Shown: positions 38,331 through 48,758 of the stretch, piece after piece
How the letters are laid out: each line of letters opens with the position of its first letter
Position numbering within the stretch: position 1 is the stretch's first letter
DNA from: a virus
Virus record (IMG/VR): IMGVR_UViG_3300042351_000809
Direction: 5' to 3' (one strand)
Length of the DNA stretch: 64,000 bases
Notes under the pieces: generated by a model
Seen by the model: the letters and a program-made list of their open reading frames with translations, nothing else
Told to the model about the DNA's origin: nothing
The model's database searches: none
Made by a program: the position numbers and the translations under genes

Positions 38331-38380
38331 AAACACTTTACTTTTTTTGTCAGGACAGGTAGTATTTACTTGCATATCTT

Positions 38381-38731
38381 ATGCCTACTCCTAATACTAA
38401 CAATACTGACAGTAATTCAATTCGACGCGAACTTGGCGCACTTTGGAGCCGCAAAGGCTCTAGTGGTTCTGAGTATCTAACTGGTAAGTTCCGACTTAAG
38501 GACATCAAGGATAACTTTGATGAAGTTAAGATCATTGTGTTCCCAAACAACAAGAAGAAGAACGACGGGTCTCCCGATTTTCAGATCTTCATGGAAAAGG
38601 CTCAGTACGAGACTTTAACTGGAACTCAAGTTCCATCAAACAACAACACGACCCGCCTAGCATCCAAGCCTACCGCAAAGCCAGCGAAGGCCGCTGTCAG
38701 TCAAGTTAATTCAGATGATGATTTGATCTAA
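38381..38731 (+). CDS. DUF736-like protein (probable ssDNA-binding) with an acidic tail
   Basis: GALW.R.....EYL.G...IIVFPN..K....SPDF.I; C-terminal DDDLI. Confidence 0.7.
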   Translation: MPTPNTNNTDSNSIRRELGALWSRKGSSGSEYLTGKFRLKDIKDNFDEVKIIVFPNNKKKNDGSPDFQIFMEKAQYETLTGTQVPSNNNTTRLASKPTAKPAKAAVSQVNSDDDLI

Positions 38732-38732
38732 C

Positions 38733-39812
38733 ATGAAATTTGCCCTACATCTTCCGGTAAACACGACCAGTTTTGGTCAGGTCTCAATTCAACTTCTTAA
38801 AGAGATTTATTCTTTGAAGTTGGAGCCATCTCTATTTATGATTGGCAATCCTGATTTCGGTCAGGAAGAGATTACGGAAGATTTTAAGAATTGGTTTAAT
38901 TCTTGTTTGAAGAAGGGTCTCCGATACCATTCAAGAAAAGATCCAGTTTTTAAACTGTGGCATATTAATGGCTCACTTGAGTCTTATAGTGATCGGCAGT
39001 TTTTACTTACTTTCCATGAACTTGATGCCCTCACTCAGACTGAAATTAATATCTTAAAGAATAATGACAAGGTATTAGTTTCTTCCCCTTATTCAGTGAA
39101 GGTATTCAGTGAACATGGGGTAGGTAATGTAAGTTATTTACCCCTGTTCTTTGACGCAAAGAATTTCAAAGCTACAAACAAGACTTACTTTAATGACGGC
39201 AGAATCACTTTTAATCTTTGTGGCAAGTTTGAAAAGCGTAAGCATCATGTAAAGGCAATCCGTGCATGGATCAATAAGTACGCTAACAATAGCAGCTACT
39301 CTTTACAGTGCGCTCTTTATAATAATTTTCTATCTCAAGAAGATAACACTAAATTGATTAACATGGCAGTTGAAGGCAAGAAATTCTTCAATGTCAGCTT
39401 TTTTGGGCACATGGCTCAAGTTAATCTTTATAATGAATTTCTAAATTCAGCAGACGTTGTTCTTGGAGCTTCAGGAGGCGAAGGTTGGGCATTACCAGAA
39501 TTTCAATCAGTTGCAATCGGAAAACATTCTGTAATTATTAATGCTCATGCTTATTCAGCTTGGGCTAATGATAAGAATTCAGTTCTAGTAAACCCATCAA
39601 GCAAAATTCCTGCTTATGACAATATGTTCTTTCACCAAGGGCAAGAATTTAATCAGGGAAATATTTTTGACTGGTCAGAAGATGCTTTTATTGAAGGCTG
39701 CGAAAAGGCAATCGCAAGAGTAAAGCAAAGCAAAATAAATCAAGAAGGTTTGAATCTTCAAGAGCAGTTCACCGTCAGAAAGACAACTGAACAGATCCTT
39801 TCTCTTTTTTAA
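38733..39812 (+). CDS. Glycosyltransferase family 4
   Basis: SFGQVS, GKFEKRK, SGGEGWALPEF. Confidence 0.85.
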   Translation: MKFALHLPVNTTSFGQVSIQLLKEIYSLKLEPSLFMIGNPDFGQEEITEDFKNWFNSCLKKGLRYHSRKDPVFKLWHINGSLESYSDRQFLLTFHELDALTQTEINILKNNDKVLVSSPYSVKVFSEHGVGNVSYLPLFFDAKNFKATNKTYFNDGRITFNLCGKFEKRKHHVKAIRAWINKYANNSSYSLQCALYNNFLSQEDNTKLINMAVEGKKFFNVSFFGHMAQVNLYNEFLNSADVVLGASGGEGWALPEFQSVAIGKHSVIINAHAYSAWANDKNSVLVNPSSKIPAYDNMFFHQGQEFNQGNIFDWSEDAFIEGCEKAIARVKQSKINQEGLNLQEQFTVRKTTEQILSLF

Positions 39813-39813
39813 T

Positions 39814-40158
39814 ATGCCAGTTTATATTTTTCAAAATCCTAAAACTAAAGAATACAAAGAAGTTTTTCTTTCGATTGACGCAGAGAAAGTGTATTCTGAA
39901 GGAGGAGTAAAATGGCAAAGAATTTTCATCTCTCCTAATGTAAGTGTAGATACACAGATAGATGCGAACTCTGAGCGAGATTTTATTGAAAAAACTAAGA
40001 GAAAAAATTATAATCTTGGTGAAATGTGGGATGCTTCAAAAGATCTTTCTGAAAAACGAGAAAAAGAAAGAGGAGTAGACCCTGTTAAAGAAAAGTCTTT
40101 AAAAGAATACTCTAAAAAACGTCGCGGCGCAAAGCACACGAACAGAGTATCTCTTTAA
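39814..40158 (+). CDS. FmdB-like small protein lacking the zinc-ribbon cysteines
   Basis: MPVYIFQNPKT.E...W.RIF..P. Confidence 0.55.
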   Translation: MPVYIFQNPKTKEYKEVFLSIDAEKVYSEGGVKWQRIFISPNVSVDTQIDANSERDFIEKTKRKNYNLGEMWDASKDLSEKREKERGVDPVKEKSLKEYSKKRRGAKHTNRVSL

Positions 40159-40208
40159 TTTTTTAGTTTCCCAAATCGGTTTTTCTTCGGTGTAATTATT
40201 ATCCCTAT

Positions 40209-42176
40209 ATGAGCAAAGCTATTAACTTCCTAGACGAAATGGCGAACTTTACGTTCGTAACAAAATACGCAAAATATGACGAAAAGAAGAAGCGCAGAGA
40301 GACATGGGACGAGACTGTTACAAGAGTCGAGACCATGCACTTGAAGAGATTCAAGCATCTACCAAAAGAAGACAAGTATGAAATTTCAAGAGCTTTCGAC
40401 TTGGTTAGAGAAAGGAAGGTTACTCCTTCAATGCGTAGTATGCAATTCGGCGGTAAAGCGGTTGAAGCGCATAATGGAAGGATCTTTAATTGCGCTGTAC
40501 GTCATATTGATTCTATTCGTTCTTTTGCTGAATCTTTTTATACTTTGCTTTGTGGTACTGGCGTTGGATTTGGTATCACTGATAAGTTCCTCAATCGCTT
40601 ACCTGATCTCGTCAACGCTAAAGATAAGACTGGGACGGTAATCACCTATACAGTTAATGATAGCATTGAAGGGTGGGGCGACTCAATTGAAGCTTTGCTA
40701 AACTGCTATTTTAAGAATACCGCTTATTCTGGCCGCAAGATTGTATTTGATTACAGCAAAATTCGCCCAAAGGGAGCGAAGCTTAAGACTGGTGGAGGAA
40801 AGGCTCCCGGCTATAAAGGTCTCAAGAATTGCCATTTCAAGGTTAAGTTGCTGCTTGATACCATCATTGAAGATAGTAATCAAACCCGCCTTAAGACTGT
40901 CAATGCTTATGATATTTTGATGCATTGTGCTGATGCCGTATTGTCTGGAGGTATTCGCCGTTCTGCTTGCAGCGTTATCTTTGACGCTCAAGATAAGGAC
41001 ATGATGAATGCCAAGACTGGCAACTGGTTCCTTGATAACCCTCAGAGAGCTAGATCAAATAACTCTGCAATTATTATTCGCGGCAAGACTTCTTATGACG
41101 AGTTTGAAACTCTAATTAATAAGACTAAGGAATTTGGTGAGCCGGGATTCTTGTATGTTGTTGATGAGAATCAGCTTTTGAATCCTTGCTTTGAGATTTC
41201 TTTTATTCCAATTACTAAAGATGGACGTTGCGGATTCCAGTTCTGCAATCTCACTTCTATCAATGGAGCGAAAGTTAAGTCACTAGAAGATTTTAAAAAT
41301 GCTTCTTGGGCTGCGTCATTGATTGGAACGTTACAAGCTGCATATACGACCTTCCCTTATCTCGGTCATACTTCCGAAGAGTTGACCGAAGAGGAAGCTC
41401 TGCTTGGAGTTTCTATTACTGGAATGATGGATAATCCAGACATCCTTTTTAACCCAGAATACCAAAGAGAAGCAGCCAAGGTTTCAGTAAATACTAATAT
41501 TGAATGGGCTAAGAAGATTGGAATCAATCAGGCTTCTAGAGTTACTTGCATCAAGCCAGAGGGAACTAATTCCATTGTATTGTCTGCTGCTTCTGGAATT
41601 CATCCTCACCACGCTCGTAAGTACTTCCGCCGCATTCAGGTCAATAAGGAAGATAATGTCTATAAGTTCTTCAAGATGTTTAATGAACACGCTTGCGAAG
41701 AGAGCGTTTGGAGCGCAAATAAGGTTGATGATGTTATTACATTCCCTATTGAAGTAAGTGAGAATGTCAAGATTAAGTCTGAACTAAATGCAATTGAGCA
41801 TTTGGAACTTATTAAATTGACACAAACTAACTGGGTTAATTGCGGCACAACCGCTTCAAACAAGAAGCCATTGAACCATTCAGTTAGCTGCACCGTTATT
41901 GTTAAAGACGACGAGTGGAAGACCGTTACAGAGTACCTTTATAACAATCAAGAGTACTTTACTGCTGTTTCTTTGCTTCCTTATTCTGGAGACAAGATCT
42001 ATCAACAGGCTCCAATGGAAGCAATTGTAACGCCTGAAGATGAAGTTAAATTTAATAAGCTTCAAGAAGAGTGGTCAAAGGTTGACTTTACTAAACTTAT
42101 TGAAGATGAGGATGAAACTAGTCATACTCAGGAAGCTGCTTGTGCTGGCGGAAAATGTGAGCCAGTAAGTCTATAA
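40209..42176 (+). CDS. nrdJ: Class II (B12-dependent) ribonucleotide reductase, monomeric RTPR type
   Basis: FNCA, GTGVGF, GGIRRSA, NPCFEI, FCNL, TCIKPEGT, C-terminal CAGGKCE; no class I small subunit in the window. Confidence 0.9.
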   Translation: MSKAINFLDEMANFTFVTKYAKYDEKKKRRETWDETVTRVETMHLKRFKHLPKEDKYEISRAFDLVRERKVTPSMRSMQFGGKAVEAHNGRIFNCAVRHIDSIRSFAESFYTLLCGTGVGFGITDKFLNRLPDLVNAKDKTGTVITYTVNDSIEGWGDSIEALLNCYFKNTAYSGRKIVFDYSKIRPKGAKLKTGGGKAPGYKGLKNCHFKVKLLLDTIIEDSNQTRLKTVNAYDILMHCADAVLSGGIRRSACSVIFDAQDKDMMNAKTGNWFLDNPQRARSNNSAIIIRGKTSYDEFETLINKTKEFGEPGFLYVVDENQLLNPCFEISFIPITKDGRCGFQFCNLTSINGAKVKSLEDFKNASWAASLIGTLQAAYTTFPYLGHTSEELTEEEALLGVSITGMMDNPDILFNPEYQREAAKVSVNTNIEWAKKIGINQASRVTCIKPEGTNSIVLSAASGIHPHHARKYFRRIQVNKEDNVYKFFKMFNEHACEESVWSANKVDDVITFPIEVSENVKIKSELNAIEHLELIKLTQTNWVNCGTTASNKKPLNHSVSCTVIVKDDEWKTVTEYLYNNQEYFTAVSLLPYSGDKIYQQAPMEAIVTPEDEVKFNKLQEEWSKVDFTKLIEDEDETSHTQEAACAGGKCEPVSL

Positions 42177-42227
42177 AATTTTTAGACTTTTTTGTGCTAT
42201 AGTATTTTACAGAGTGTAGAATACTAT

Positions 42228-42521
42228 ATGCACATTATTGTTGATTTCTCTAAAGAAATCGAAGCAGCACAAAAGCAATACGGCGGTAAAAAACGCAGTG
42301 AGCTAAAGGACAGCGACTTTCTGTTTCCAGAGAGTCGCTCTTTTCCTATTGTAACGCCTCAAGATGTAAAAGATGCTATCAGTAATTTTGGAAGATATGG
42401 CGGCAAAATGTCTTATCAAGCATTTCTAAAAAGACTATATTCATTTGTAAAGAAAAAAGGATCAGAGTTCGTTTCCGCACTTCCAGAAGCAAGCAAAGAA
42501 AAACTTGGACTAAAGAAGTAA
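42228..42521 (+). CDS. DUF6582-like small protein (start corrected to MHIIVD)
   Basis: RSELKDSDF.FP..RSFPI.....V..A...FGR. Confidence 0.65.
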   Translation: MHIIVDFSKEIEAAQKQYGGKKRSELKDSDFLFPESRSFPIVTPQDVKDAISNFGRYGGKMSYQAFLKRLYSFVKKKGSEFVSALPEASKEKLGLKK

Positions 42522-42524
42522 ATT

Positions 42525-42812
42525 ATGAACCCAACAACAGGAGGAGCTATGGATTGGCAAACTTTATTTAATATCGCATTATCTATTCTTAGTTTCTTAG
42601 CTGCATGGGTTTTTAAAAGAAACTTTGATATCATAGATAAACAAGAAGACAAGATATCGGATCTTGAGAAGAAAATCTATGGCATTGAAATATCTCTTCC
42701 TAAAGAATACGTTAATAAAGAAGATCTTAATAAATTCTCAGAGCATATTAATGCTAGATTTGATAAACTGGAAGCTAAACTTGATAATATCATTGAGAGA
42801 AGCAAAACATGA
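42525..42812 (+). CDS. Single-TM coiled-coil protein
   Basis: N-terminal TM followed by LP..YV.K.D...RFDKLE.KLD. Confidence 0.6.
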   Translation: MNPTTGGAMDWQTLFNIALSILSFLAAWVFKRNFDIIDKQEDKISDLEKKIYGIEISLPKEYVNKEDLNKFSEHINARFDKLEAKLDNIIERSKT

Positions 42813-43612
42813 TTTCATTTCTAGTTTTAAATTACAACAGACCTAAAGAAACAGAACTTTGTTTAAAATCAATAAAAAAATTTACGACCTTCTCTCACGA
42901 AATAGTTTTGCTAAATAATGGCGGACAAGATCATGATGCCATTTTTCAGTTTTTCAAAGACGGCTTGATTGACAAGTTAACTCTAAGATCAAAAAATTCA
43001 GGGTGTGGGCTTGGAACAAGAGAGCTATTTAATGACTTCAATTTAAGCAATGAATACGTTATTTACGTTCAGTGCGATCAGTTCATGATCCGCGAATTCT
43101 CAGAACAGGAAATTGTTAGTTATATAAATGTTTTAAAGTCAGATGAATCAGTGAGCCATATTGATCTTTCTGGAAACCAAGGAAACGGCAACTATTCCGA
43201 AAGAGCGCACCTAATAAACAAAAAGTTTTATAATATTATCCCAAATACAATTGGTGGCCCCGGTCCATACGCAAATGAGATGTGGACTGAAGAGAGCCTT
43301 CAGAAATTCTTGAAAGCTAACAATAAGAAATTTCTCATTTCAAAGAATCTTTTATTTGCAGATAATGGTAAAGTGTCTATTCGTGAATACCCTTGCGGCG
43401 GAGAATTGATACAATATACAGATACTAAGGAAGTATTCATTACCAAACCAATTAAGACAAGAGTAGACTTTCCAAATATCCATTTAACTGATAAAGAATG
43501 GAATATGATTTTATCTAATACATGGGTTGATGGAACTATTCCTCATAAGCATAGGGAAAACTCTTTTTTATTTTGGAAAAAACCATTCTCTTCTGATATA
43601 ATGAATGGATGA
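42809..43612 (+). CDS. GT2-like glycosyltransferase
   Basis: ISFLVLNYNRP..T..CL.SI, EIVLLNNG, N.G.G.G. Confidence 0.8.
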   Translation: MISFLVLNYNRPKETELCLKSIKKFTTFSHEIVLLNNGGQDHDAIFQFFKDGLIDKLTLRSKNSGCGLGTRELFNDFNLSNEYVIYVQCDQFMIREFSEQEIVSYINVLKSDESVSHIDLSGNQGNGNYSERAHLINKKFYNIIPNTIGGPGPYANEMWTEESLQKFLKANNKKFLISKNLLFADNGKVSIREYPCGGELIQYTDTKEVFITKPIKTRVDFPNIHLTDKEWNMILSNTWVDGTIPHKHRENSFLFWKKPFSSDIMNG

Positions 43613-44451
43613 AGGTCTACCTTTGCGGCATAACGCAAAATCAACTTAAAAACATAGATGACCTAACCAAAAATTGCTATCAAGCTTTTGATGGTTTAAT
43701 TTATGTTGATGGCGGATCTACAGATGGCACAAAAGAGCTTCTAGAAGAGAGAAAAGGTTGCGGCCAAGTCATTTATCGCAAGTGGACTAATGACCACGAC
43801 TTTCAGATGAATGAATTTTTGCGTCAAGGACCAATGAAAATTGGCGACTGGTTTGTGCTTAGAGATTCTAGAGAAAGATTTAATACTGAATGGATTGCCG
43901 ATATCAAGAATCTCATTTCCAAAGCTAAGAACTCAGGAATTAGATCAATATATAATTACGGCAAAGGATTCGCTTTTGAATACTATGACGATATGTTCTT
44001 TCATGGTTCTCCTCATTGGGGATTAGTTGGAGCCAGAAATCAAGCAGTAGACTTAAGTCAATTCTTTGATGAAAATAAGAAAGAGCATACTTGGAGGTTA
44101 AGAGATGGAGAAGATGACCCAGAACGAGATGAGTCTTACTATATTGATCATTTCTTTAAATATTACTATGTATACGGAAGAAGCAACCATCTCCTTTTAG
44201 GTCGAGAGAACGATAGAGAAGGTTTTCAGAAAGCTGAAGCCAGAAGAGTAGAGTTTAGAATGTATTGTCATTCTATCGGTTTGGAATTTACGGCAGACTC
44301 TTTCTTAAACTATGCAAGAAACTCTGGAATAGGCGATGCCAAATTTAAGAACTTCATTAACTCAGAAGACATTCTTAAAGATTTCTATAGAAAGAAAATT
44401 CTAAATGAGTCTTTAAAAAGCATTAAAGAAAATAGATTAGTTTTCGTATGA
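43609..44451 (+). CDS. GT2-like glycosyltransferase
   Basis: VDGGSTDGT, W..D...Q.N, WF...DS.ER. Confidence 0.8.
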   Translation: MKVYLCGITQNQLKNIDDLTKNCYQAFDGLIYVDGGSTDGTKELLEERKGCGQVIYRKWTNDHDFQMNEFLRQGPMKIGDWFVLRDSRERFNTEWIADIKNLISKAKNSGIRSIYNYGKGFAFEYYDDMFFHGSPHWGLVGARNQAVDLSQFFDENKKEHTWRLRDGEDDPERDESYYIDHFFKYYYVYGRSNHLLLGRENDREGFQKAEARRVEFRMYCHSIGLEFTADSFLNYARNSGIGDAKFKNFINSEDILKDFYRKKILNESLKSIKENRLVFV

Positions 44452-45086
44452 ATAAAAAAACAGCAATCCTTCCTCAAGAATATGCTAACCACAGCGTTGA
44501 AGGAAAGAGTATCCGTTCAATGCAGAGCTACTCTGAATGGGCAACAGTTCTAAAAGATATTATTCAGCTTTGTGATCCTAAAAACATTTTAGAAATTGGA
44601 TTTTTTGAAGGAGGGTCTAGCTTAAATTGGTTGCTACACACAAGTGCAAACGTAACATCTGTAGATCCAGTTTACCATAGAAGCGATTTAATTCATTGTC
44701 AAATACATGGCACACCATATCCAGACAAGTCTTGGACATTTAAAGCCGTTGACCATTTAAAAAATTCATTTGGCGAAAGATTTAATTTTATAAATGAAGA
44801 CAGTAGAAAAGTAAAAGACAAGATCAAAGATCAAAAGTTCGATTTTATTTTTATAGATGGAGATCACTGGGAAGACTGTGTTAGAAATGATATTCAGTTA
44901 GCACTTGATCTTGAAATAGATTATATGCTCCTAGATGATTGGGGAAGAGATGTAGAAAGAGTATATCAACAAGAATTCTCTAATCACTTTTTACCATTAC
45001 GTTTTTATCACGATCACGATCCGAAACAACTGCTTTGCAAAAGAATCAATAACAAACTAGGCAACGTTCCTATTGTATTCCAATGA
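44448..45086 (+). CDS. Class I SAM methyltransferase (Methyltransf_24-like)
   Basis: ILEIGFFEGGS, FDFIFIDGDH, LLDD. Confidence 0.88.
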   Translation: MNKKTAILPQEYANHSVEGKSIRSMQSYSEWATVLKDIIQLCDPKNILEIGFFEGGSSLNWLLHTSANVTSVDPVYHRSDLIHCQIHGTPYPDKSWTFKAVDHLKNSFGERFNFINEDSRKVKDKIKDQKFDFIFIDGDHWEDCVRNDIQLALDLEIDYMLLDDWGRDVERVYQQEFSNHFLPLRFYHDHDPKQLLCKRINNKLGNVPIVFQ

Positions 45087-45844
45087 AATTTTCTTCATAT
45101 ACTTCTGCATTTAATCTCATAAAAATGGGATTCGATTGGCAGAACTCTCTCCTAAACTATTCTCAGTTTATGGACGAGGTGGTCTTAGCTATAAATAAAT
45201 CAGAAGACAATACTTATGAAATTGTTAATCAGTTTATAATTGACAGAGGCATTTTAAACATTACGCTTTGTCAATGCAATTTTGATTATAATGATTTGGC
45301 GTTTGATGGCAAAATAAAGAACTTCGCTCTCCAGCACACTATTGGAGATATAAAAATTTCTTGCGATATTGATGAAAGGTTCCCTCTCTATCAAAGAGAT
45401 CTTTGGAGGAGAGCCGCCGAATATCTACTTTCACAAAATCAAGCTTCTGCATTTTTAATTCCAAGCATTAACTTGTGTGGTGATATTTACCATTATAAGG
45501 ACATAGGCTATAAATGGTATATGCACAAAGACGGATTGTATCGTGGAATAGTTAATTTTGCTAAAAAGCAAGACGGGAAGATAGACACAGATAAAAGCGA
45601 TACCTGTGAACTAATCGACGCAAATGGAAATCTTGTTCAAACCCTTATGTTTAATAATTCAATAGAAAAACTTAGAGAAGGAGAAACTCCTTATGTTTTT
45701 CATTATTGGGCTGTAGATAAAGAGCAGAGAGAAAGACAAAACGAATTCTGGCAACCTGTCTGGTCTAATCGCGCAGGAAAAGAAATAAATACTAAAACTG
45801 ATTTTTCAAAAATAGAAATCAAAGCTCATAATTTAAAAATATGA
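45083..45844 (+). CDS. GT2-like glycosyltransferase
   Basis: DEVV.....SED.T, KN.AL....GD....DIDE. Confidence 0.75.
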   Translation: MKFSSYTSAFNLIKMGFDWQNSLLNYSQFMDEVVLAINKSEDNTYEIVNQFIIDRGILNITLCQCNFDYNDLAFDGKIKNFALQHTIGDIKISCDIDERFPLYQRDLWRRAAEYLLSQNQASAFLIPSINLCGDIYHYKDIGYKWYMHKDGLYRGIVNFAKKQDGKIDTDKSDTCELIDANGNLVQTLMFNNSIEKLREGETPYVFHYWAVDKEQRERQNEFWQPVWSNRAGKEINTKTDFSKIEIKAHNLKI

Positions 45845-46518
45845 CAGAACAAGAACAAAAGTGCATAAGTAATATGCATCTTCCATTTTTTGGATGCTTC
45901 ATGCAGCAGCACCCAAATGCGCCAAGAGCAATTAACCAGCTTCTGCTTGAAAATAATTTTACTAATATCATAGAGCTTGGAACCCATGATGGAGGACTTT
46001 CTGTATTTTTAGCTCTATACTGTTATTTGAGCAAAAATGTAGCCACATCGCAAAATTCAAATGAGCCAGTTCTTTACAAGAACAGAACTCATCATAAATC
46101 TCCAAAGTCATTTTATACGTTCGATAATGTTATTAGAGATCAAAGCATTGTTAATCTTATTGAAGCATTAGGCGGGAAATTTCATGAGTTTGATATTCTA
46201 ACAAATGAGATGTGCGTTTCTTATGTAGGCAAGCTGATTCAAAATGAAGGCAGGACTCTTTTGCTTTGCGACAATGGAGACAAGGTAAAAGAATTTAATA
46301 TCTATTCTAAATTCTTAAAGCCGGGAGACGTAATAATGTCTCACGATTTCTTTAAAAATGAAAATGACTTTGAGGATGCTAAAAGAGCTAATAAATGGTT
46401 CTCATGGGAAACAAAGCCTCACGAAATAAATCAAGCGTGTTTAGATAACAAAATAAAGCAATGCTATCAAGAAATTTTTGATGAATGTTTTTGGTTTTGC
46501 GGCACAAAGACTAATTAA
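45841..46518 (+). CDS. CmcI-like / class I methyltransferase
   Basis: IIELGT.DGG.S, CDNG.K..EF, LKPGDVIMSHD. Confidence 0.75.
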   Translation: MTEQEQKCISNMHLPFFGCFMQQHPNAPRAINQLLLENNFTNIIELGTHDGGLSVFLALYCYLSKNVATSQNSNEPVLYKNRTHHKSPKSFYTFDNVIRDQSIVNLIEALGGKFHEFDILTNEMCVSYVGKLIQNEGRTLLLCDNGDKVKEFNIYSKFLKPGDVIMSHDFFKNENDFEDAKRANKWFSWETKPHEINQACLDNKIKQCYQEIFDECFWFCGTKTN

Positions 46519-46519
46519 T

Positions 46520-47236
46520 ATGTTTAACATCGTTTTTTTAACTAGCACAAGGCAGCACTATGGACTTAACGACGTAGATATCGTAAGCCTAAAAGACTTG
46601 TTTAAAAAGTCTCAACTAGCCGCCAAAGTAGACAAGTTAGCTCATATAAAAATAATACCCGGAGATGAGAAGATAGCTTTTGAAAAACAAGAGTTCTTTA
46701 AGTCTTTAGGTTTTGAAGTCATTCATACTACAGAGCATTGGAAAAACGACCATGAGAGTCACGCTTTGGGTCTAATTAAAGACATGGCAAAGTGCTACAA
46801 CCATCCAATGACAAAAGCTCACCAGTTTACTTTTCATCTAGAAAACGACTGGGTATTTTATTCTAATGAATTAGACCGCTTGCTTGATAATTCCGTTCGT
46901 ATTCTTGAAGAGAACTCTAATCTTATCTATCACAGATATTCAAGAGTAGACCAGCCAGACATAGTTCAAAGGCTAAAAGGTCAGCCTAAAGACGACTTCT
47001 TTATTGCAAAAACTGAATGGAGCTTCAATCCAGCAATGCTTCGCTCTAGAGACATGATCCATATTTCTAACTTTGTGCTTAAAAATTTCCAAAGGATTCA
47101 TCCTCATGTAGAAATGGCTTATGAACTTGCTGCTAAATATTTATTAAATCAAGAAGACATTTTTAGTTTTACTGACAATAAAATAGTAGAGCATATTGGT
47201 TGGGAAAAGGAATATAATAATTTTATAAATAAATAA
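46520..47236 (+). CDS. GT-A-like glycosyltransferase
   Basis: FHLENDW, SFNP...R, VEHIG. Confidence 0.65.
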   Translation: MFNIVFLTSTRQHYGLNDVDIVSLKDLFKKSQLAAKVDKLAHIKIIPGDEKIAFEKQEFFKSLGFEVIHTTEHWKNDHESHALGLIKDMAKCYNHPMTKAHQFTFHLENDWVFYSNELDRLLDNSVRILEENSNLIYHRYSRVDQPDIVQRLKGQPKDDFFIAKTEWSFNPAMLRSRDMIHISNFVLKNFQRIHPHVEMAYELAAKYLLNQEDIFSFTDNKIVEHIGWEKEYNNFINK

Positions 47237-47237
47237 T

Positions 47238-47864
47238 ATGTGGTTTCAAAAAGGCGTAGATAATCCAGAACACGATTTTCATGATATTCAACAGATGGCA
47301 ATAGACTCTGCTTCTGAAGGAGACCTATTGGTAGAAGTTGGATCTTTTTTAGGAGAATCAATGCATTCTTTAATAGACAAAGGCAAGAAAAGTAATAAAA
47401 AATTGAAATATATAACAGTTGATTATTTCGATTTAGATGTAATGTGTAGAGATAACGACGAAGGAGGCTCCTACCATCAAGAAATGGATAAGCCAATGCC
47501 AGACGGTACTATTCCAAATGAATGGATAAAAAAATATGGCCCAAGATGTATGCTTGTAGAATATTTTAATTATCTACATTTGGCTAAAAAAAATAATGAT
47601 ATGCACTCTGTTATTGTTGCAAAGAGTTATGACGCTGCTGATTATTTCAAAGATGGGTCAGTGCATTTTTGTTTTATAGATGCTGGACATTCATATGGGA
47701 ACGTAACAAAAGATTTGAATGCTTGGTTTCCAAAAATTAAGTATAACGGATATCTATGTGGACATGATTGGCATGGAGAAGGAGTTAGAAACGCTGTAAT
47801 AGATTTCGCAAAAGATAAAAAAATGAAAATTTATACTACGGCCTCTAGCTGGATTTTAAAATAA
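47238..47864 (+). CDS. Class I SAM methyltransferase (Methyltransf_24-like)
   Basis: VEVGSFLGES, FIDAGHSY..V..D...W.PK....G...GHD. Confidence 0.9.
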   Translation: MWFQKGVDNPEHDFHDIQQMAIDSASEGDLLVEVGSFLGESMHSLIDKGKKSNKKLKYITVDYFDLDVMCRDNDEGGSYHQEMDKPMPDGTIPNEWIKKYGPRCMLVEYFNYLHLAKKNNDMHSVIVAKSYDAADYFKDGSVHFCFIDAGHSYGNVTKDLNAWFPKIKYNGYLCGHDWHGEGVRNAVIDFAKDKKMKIYTTASSWILK

Positions 47865-48742
47865 TGGATAAAAAAATTAAAATCTTTGCTGGCAGAGGTT
47901 CTTTAATAGGGGACACAGTAATGTTTCTCCCTGCCTTAACTATTCTAGAAAAGTATTTTCCTGATTCGTATAAAATATTTCCAATTTCACAAAAGACATC
48001 TTACTCTTCTGTATTTTTCTTAAATCACCCATTGATAGATAAAATTCATATCGTCGAGCAGCACGAAGGTTTAGGTCATCAAGATGCCGAGATAATAAAA
48101 AAGTGTGATTATTTTATTCATCCATTTCCACAACACCCTCCTTGTCCCGGCTTAACTGTTGGTATAGATAATTTTTGGTACAATCATTATACTTGCGTAG
48201 AAGAGACCATGAGAATGGCATCTATTTCAATGGACGCATTTAAGTGTCTAGAGGAGCAAGAAAAGAAGCCAAAGCTTTATCAATGGTTTAATTCAGAAAG
48301 GAAAAGCAAGTCTATCGCAATCCACGCAAGGGCTGGCTATAATGATGCCCCAATAAGAAACCCTTCTACCGCTTATTGGAAAGAGTTAACAAAGAAGATT
48401 CAAGACAAAGGCTATAAAATATACCATTGTGGAGTAGAGAAAGAAGAAGATATAGGAGAAAACATAACAAGAATTACTCATTTATCTTTGTTTGACCAGA
48501 TCAAGGTTTGTCTTGGTTGCGACTTAGTTATAGGTACAGATAGCGGATTTAACTGGCTTATAGGTGCTTATGGACACCCAATGATTAGCCTACTGTGCTG
48601 TTCTGCTCCCAATCATAATCAAAATCTTTTTGCTTTCGCTCCTGACAACTATAAAAATAACAACATAAATTTATTAGCTCACGGATCTTGCGACAATATT
48701 AAGCAAGAAGAAATTCTTGATGCTATTGATAAATTAATTTAG
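47864..48742 (+). CDS. GT9 (ADP-heptose:LPS heptosyltransferase-like)
   Basis: IGDTVM..P, HP.ID, CDL.IG.DSG..W...AYG.P. Confidence 0.8.
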   Translation: MDKKIKIFAGRGSLIGDTVMFLPALTILEKYFPDSYKIFPISQKTSYSSVFFLNHPLIDKIHIVEQHEGLGHQDAEIIKKCDYFIHPFPQHPPCPGLTVGIDNFWYNHYTCVEETMRMASISMDAFKCLEEQEKKPKLYQWFNSERKSKSIAIHARAGYNDAPIRNPSTAYWKELTKKIQDKGYKIYHCGVEKEEDIGENITRITHLSLFDQIKVCLGCDLVIGTDSGFNWLIGAYGHPMISLLCCSAPNHNQNLFAFAPDNYKNNNINLLAHGSCDNIKQEEILDAIDKLI

Positions 48743-48758
48743 TATTAATGATATAAAT

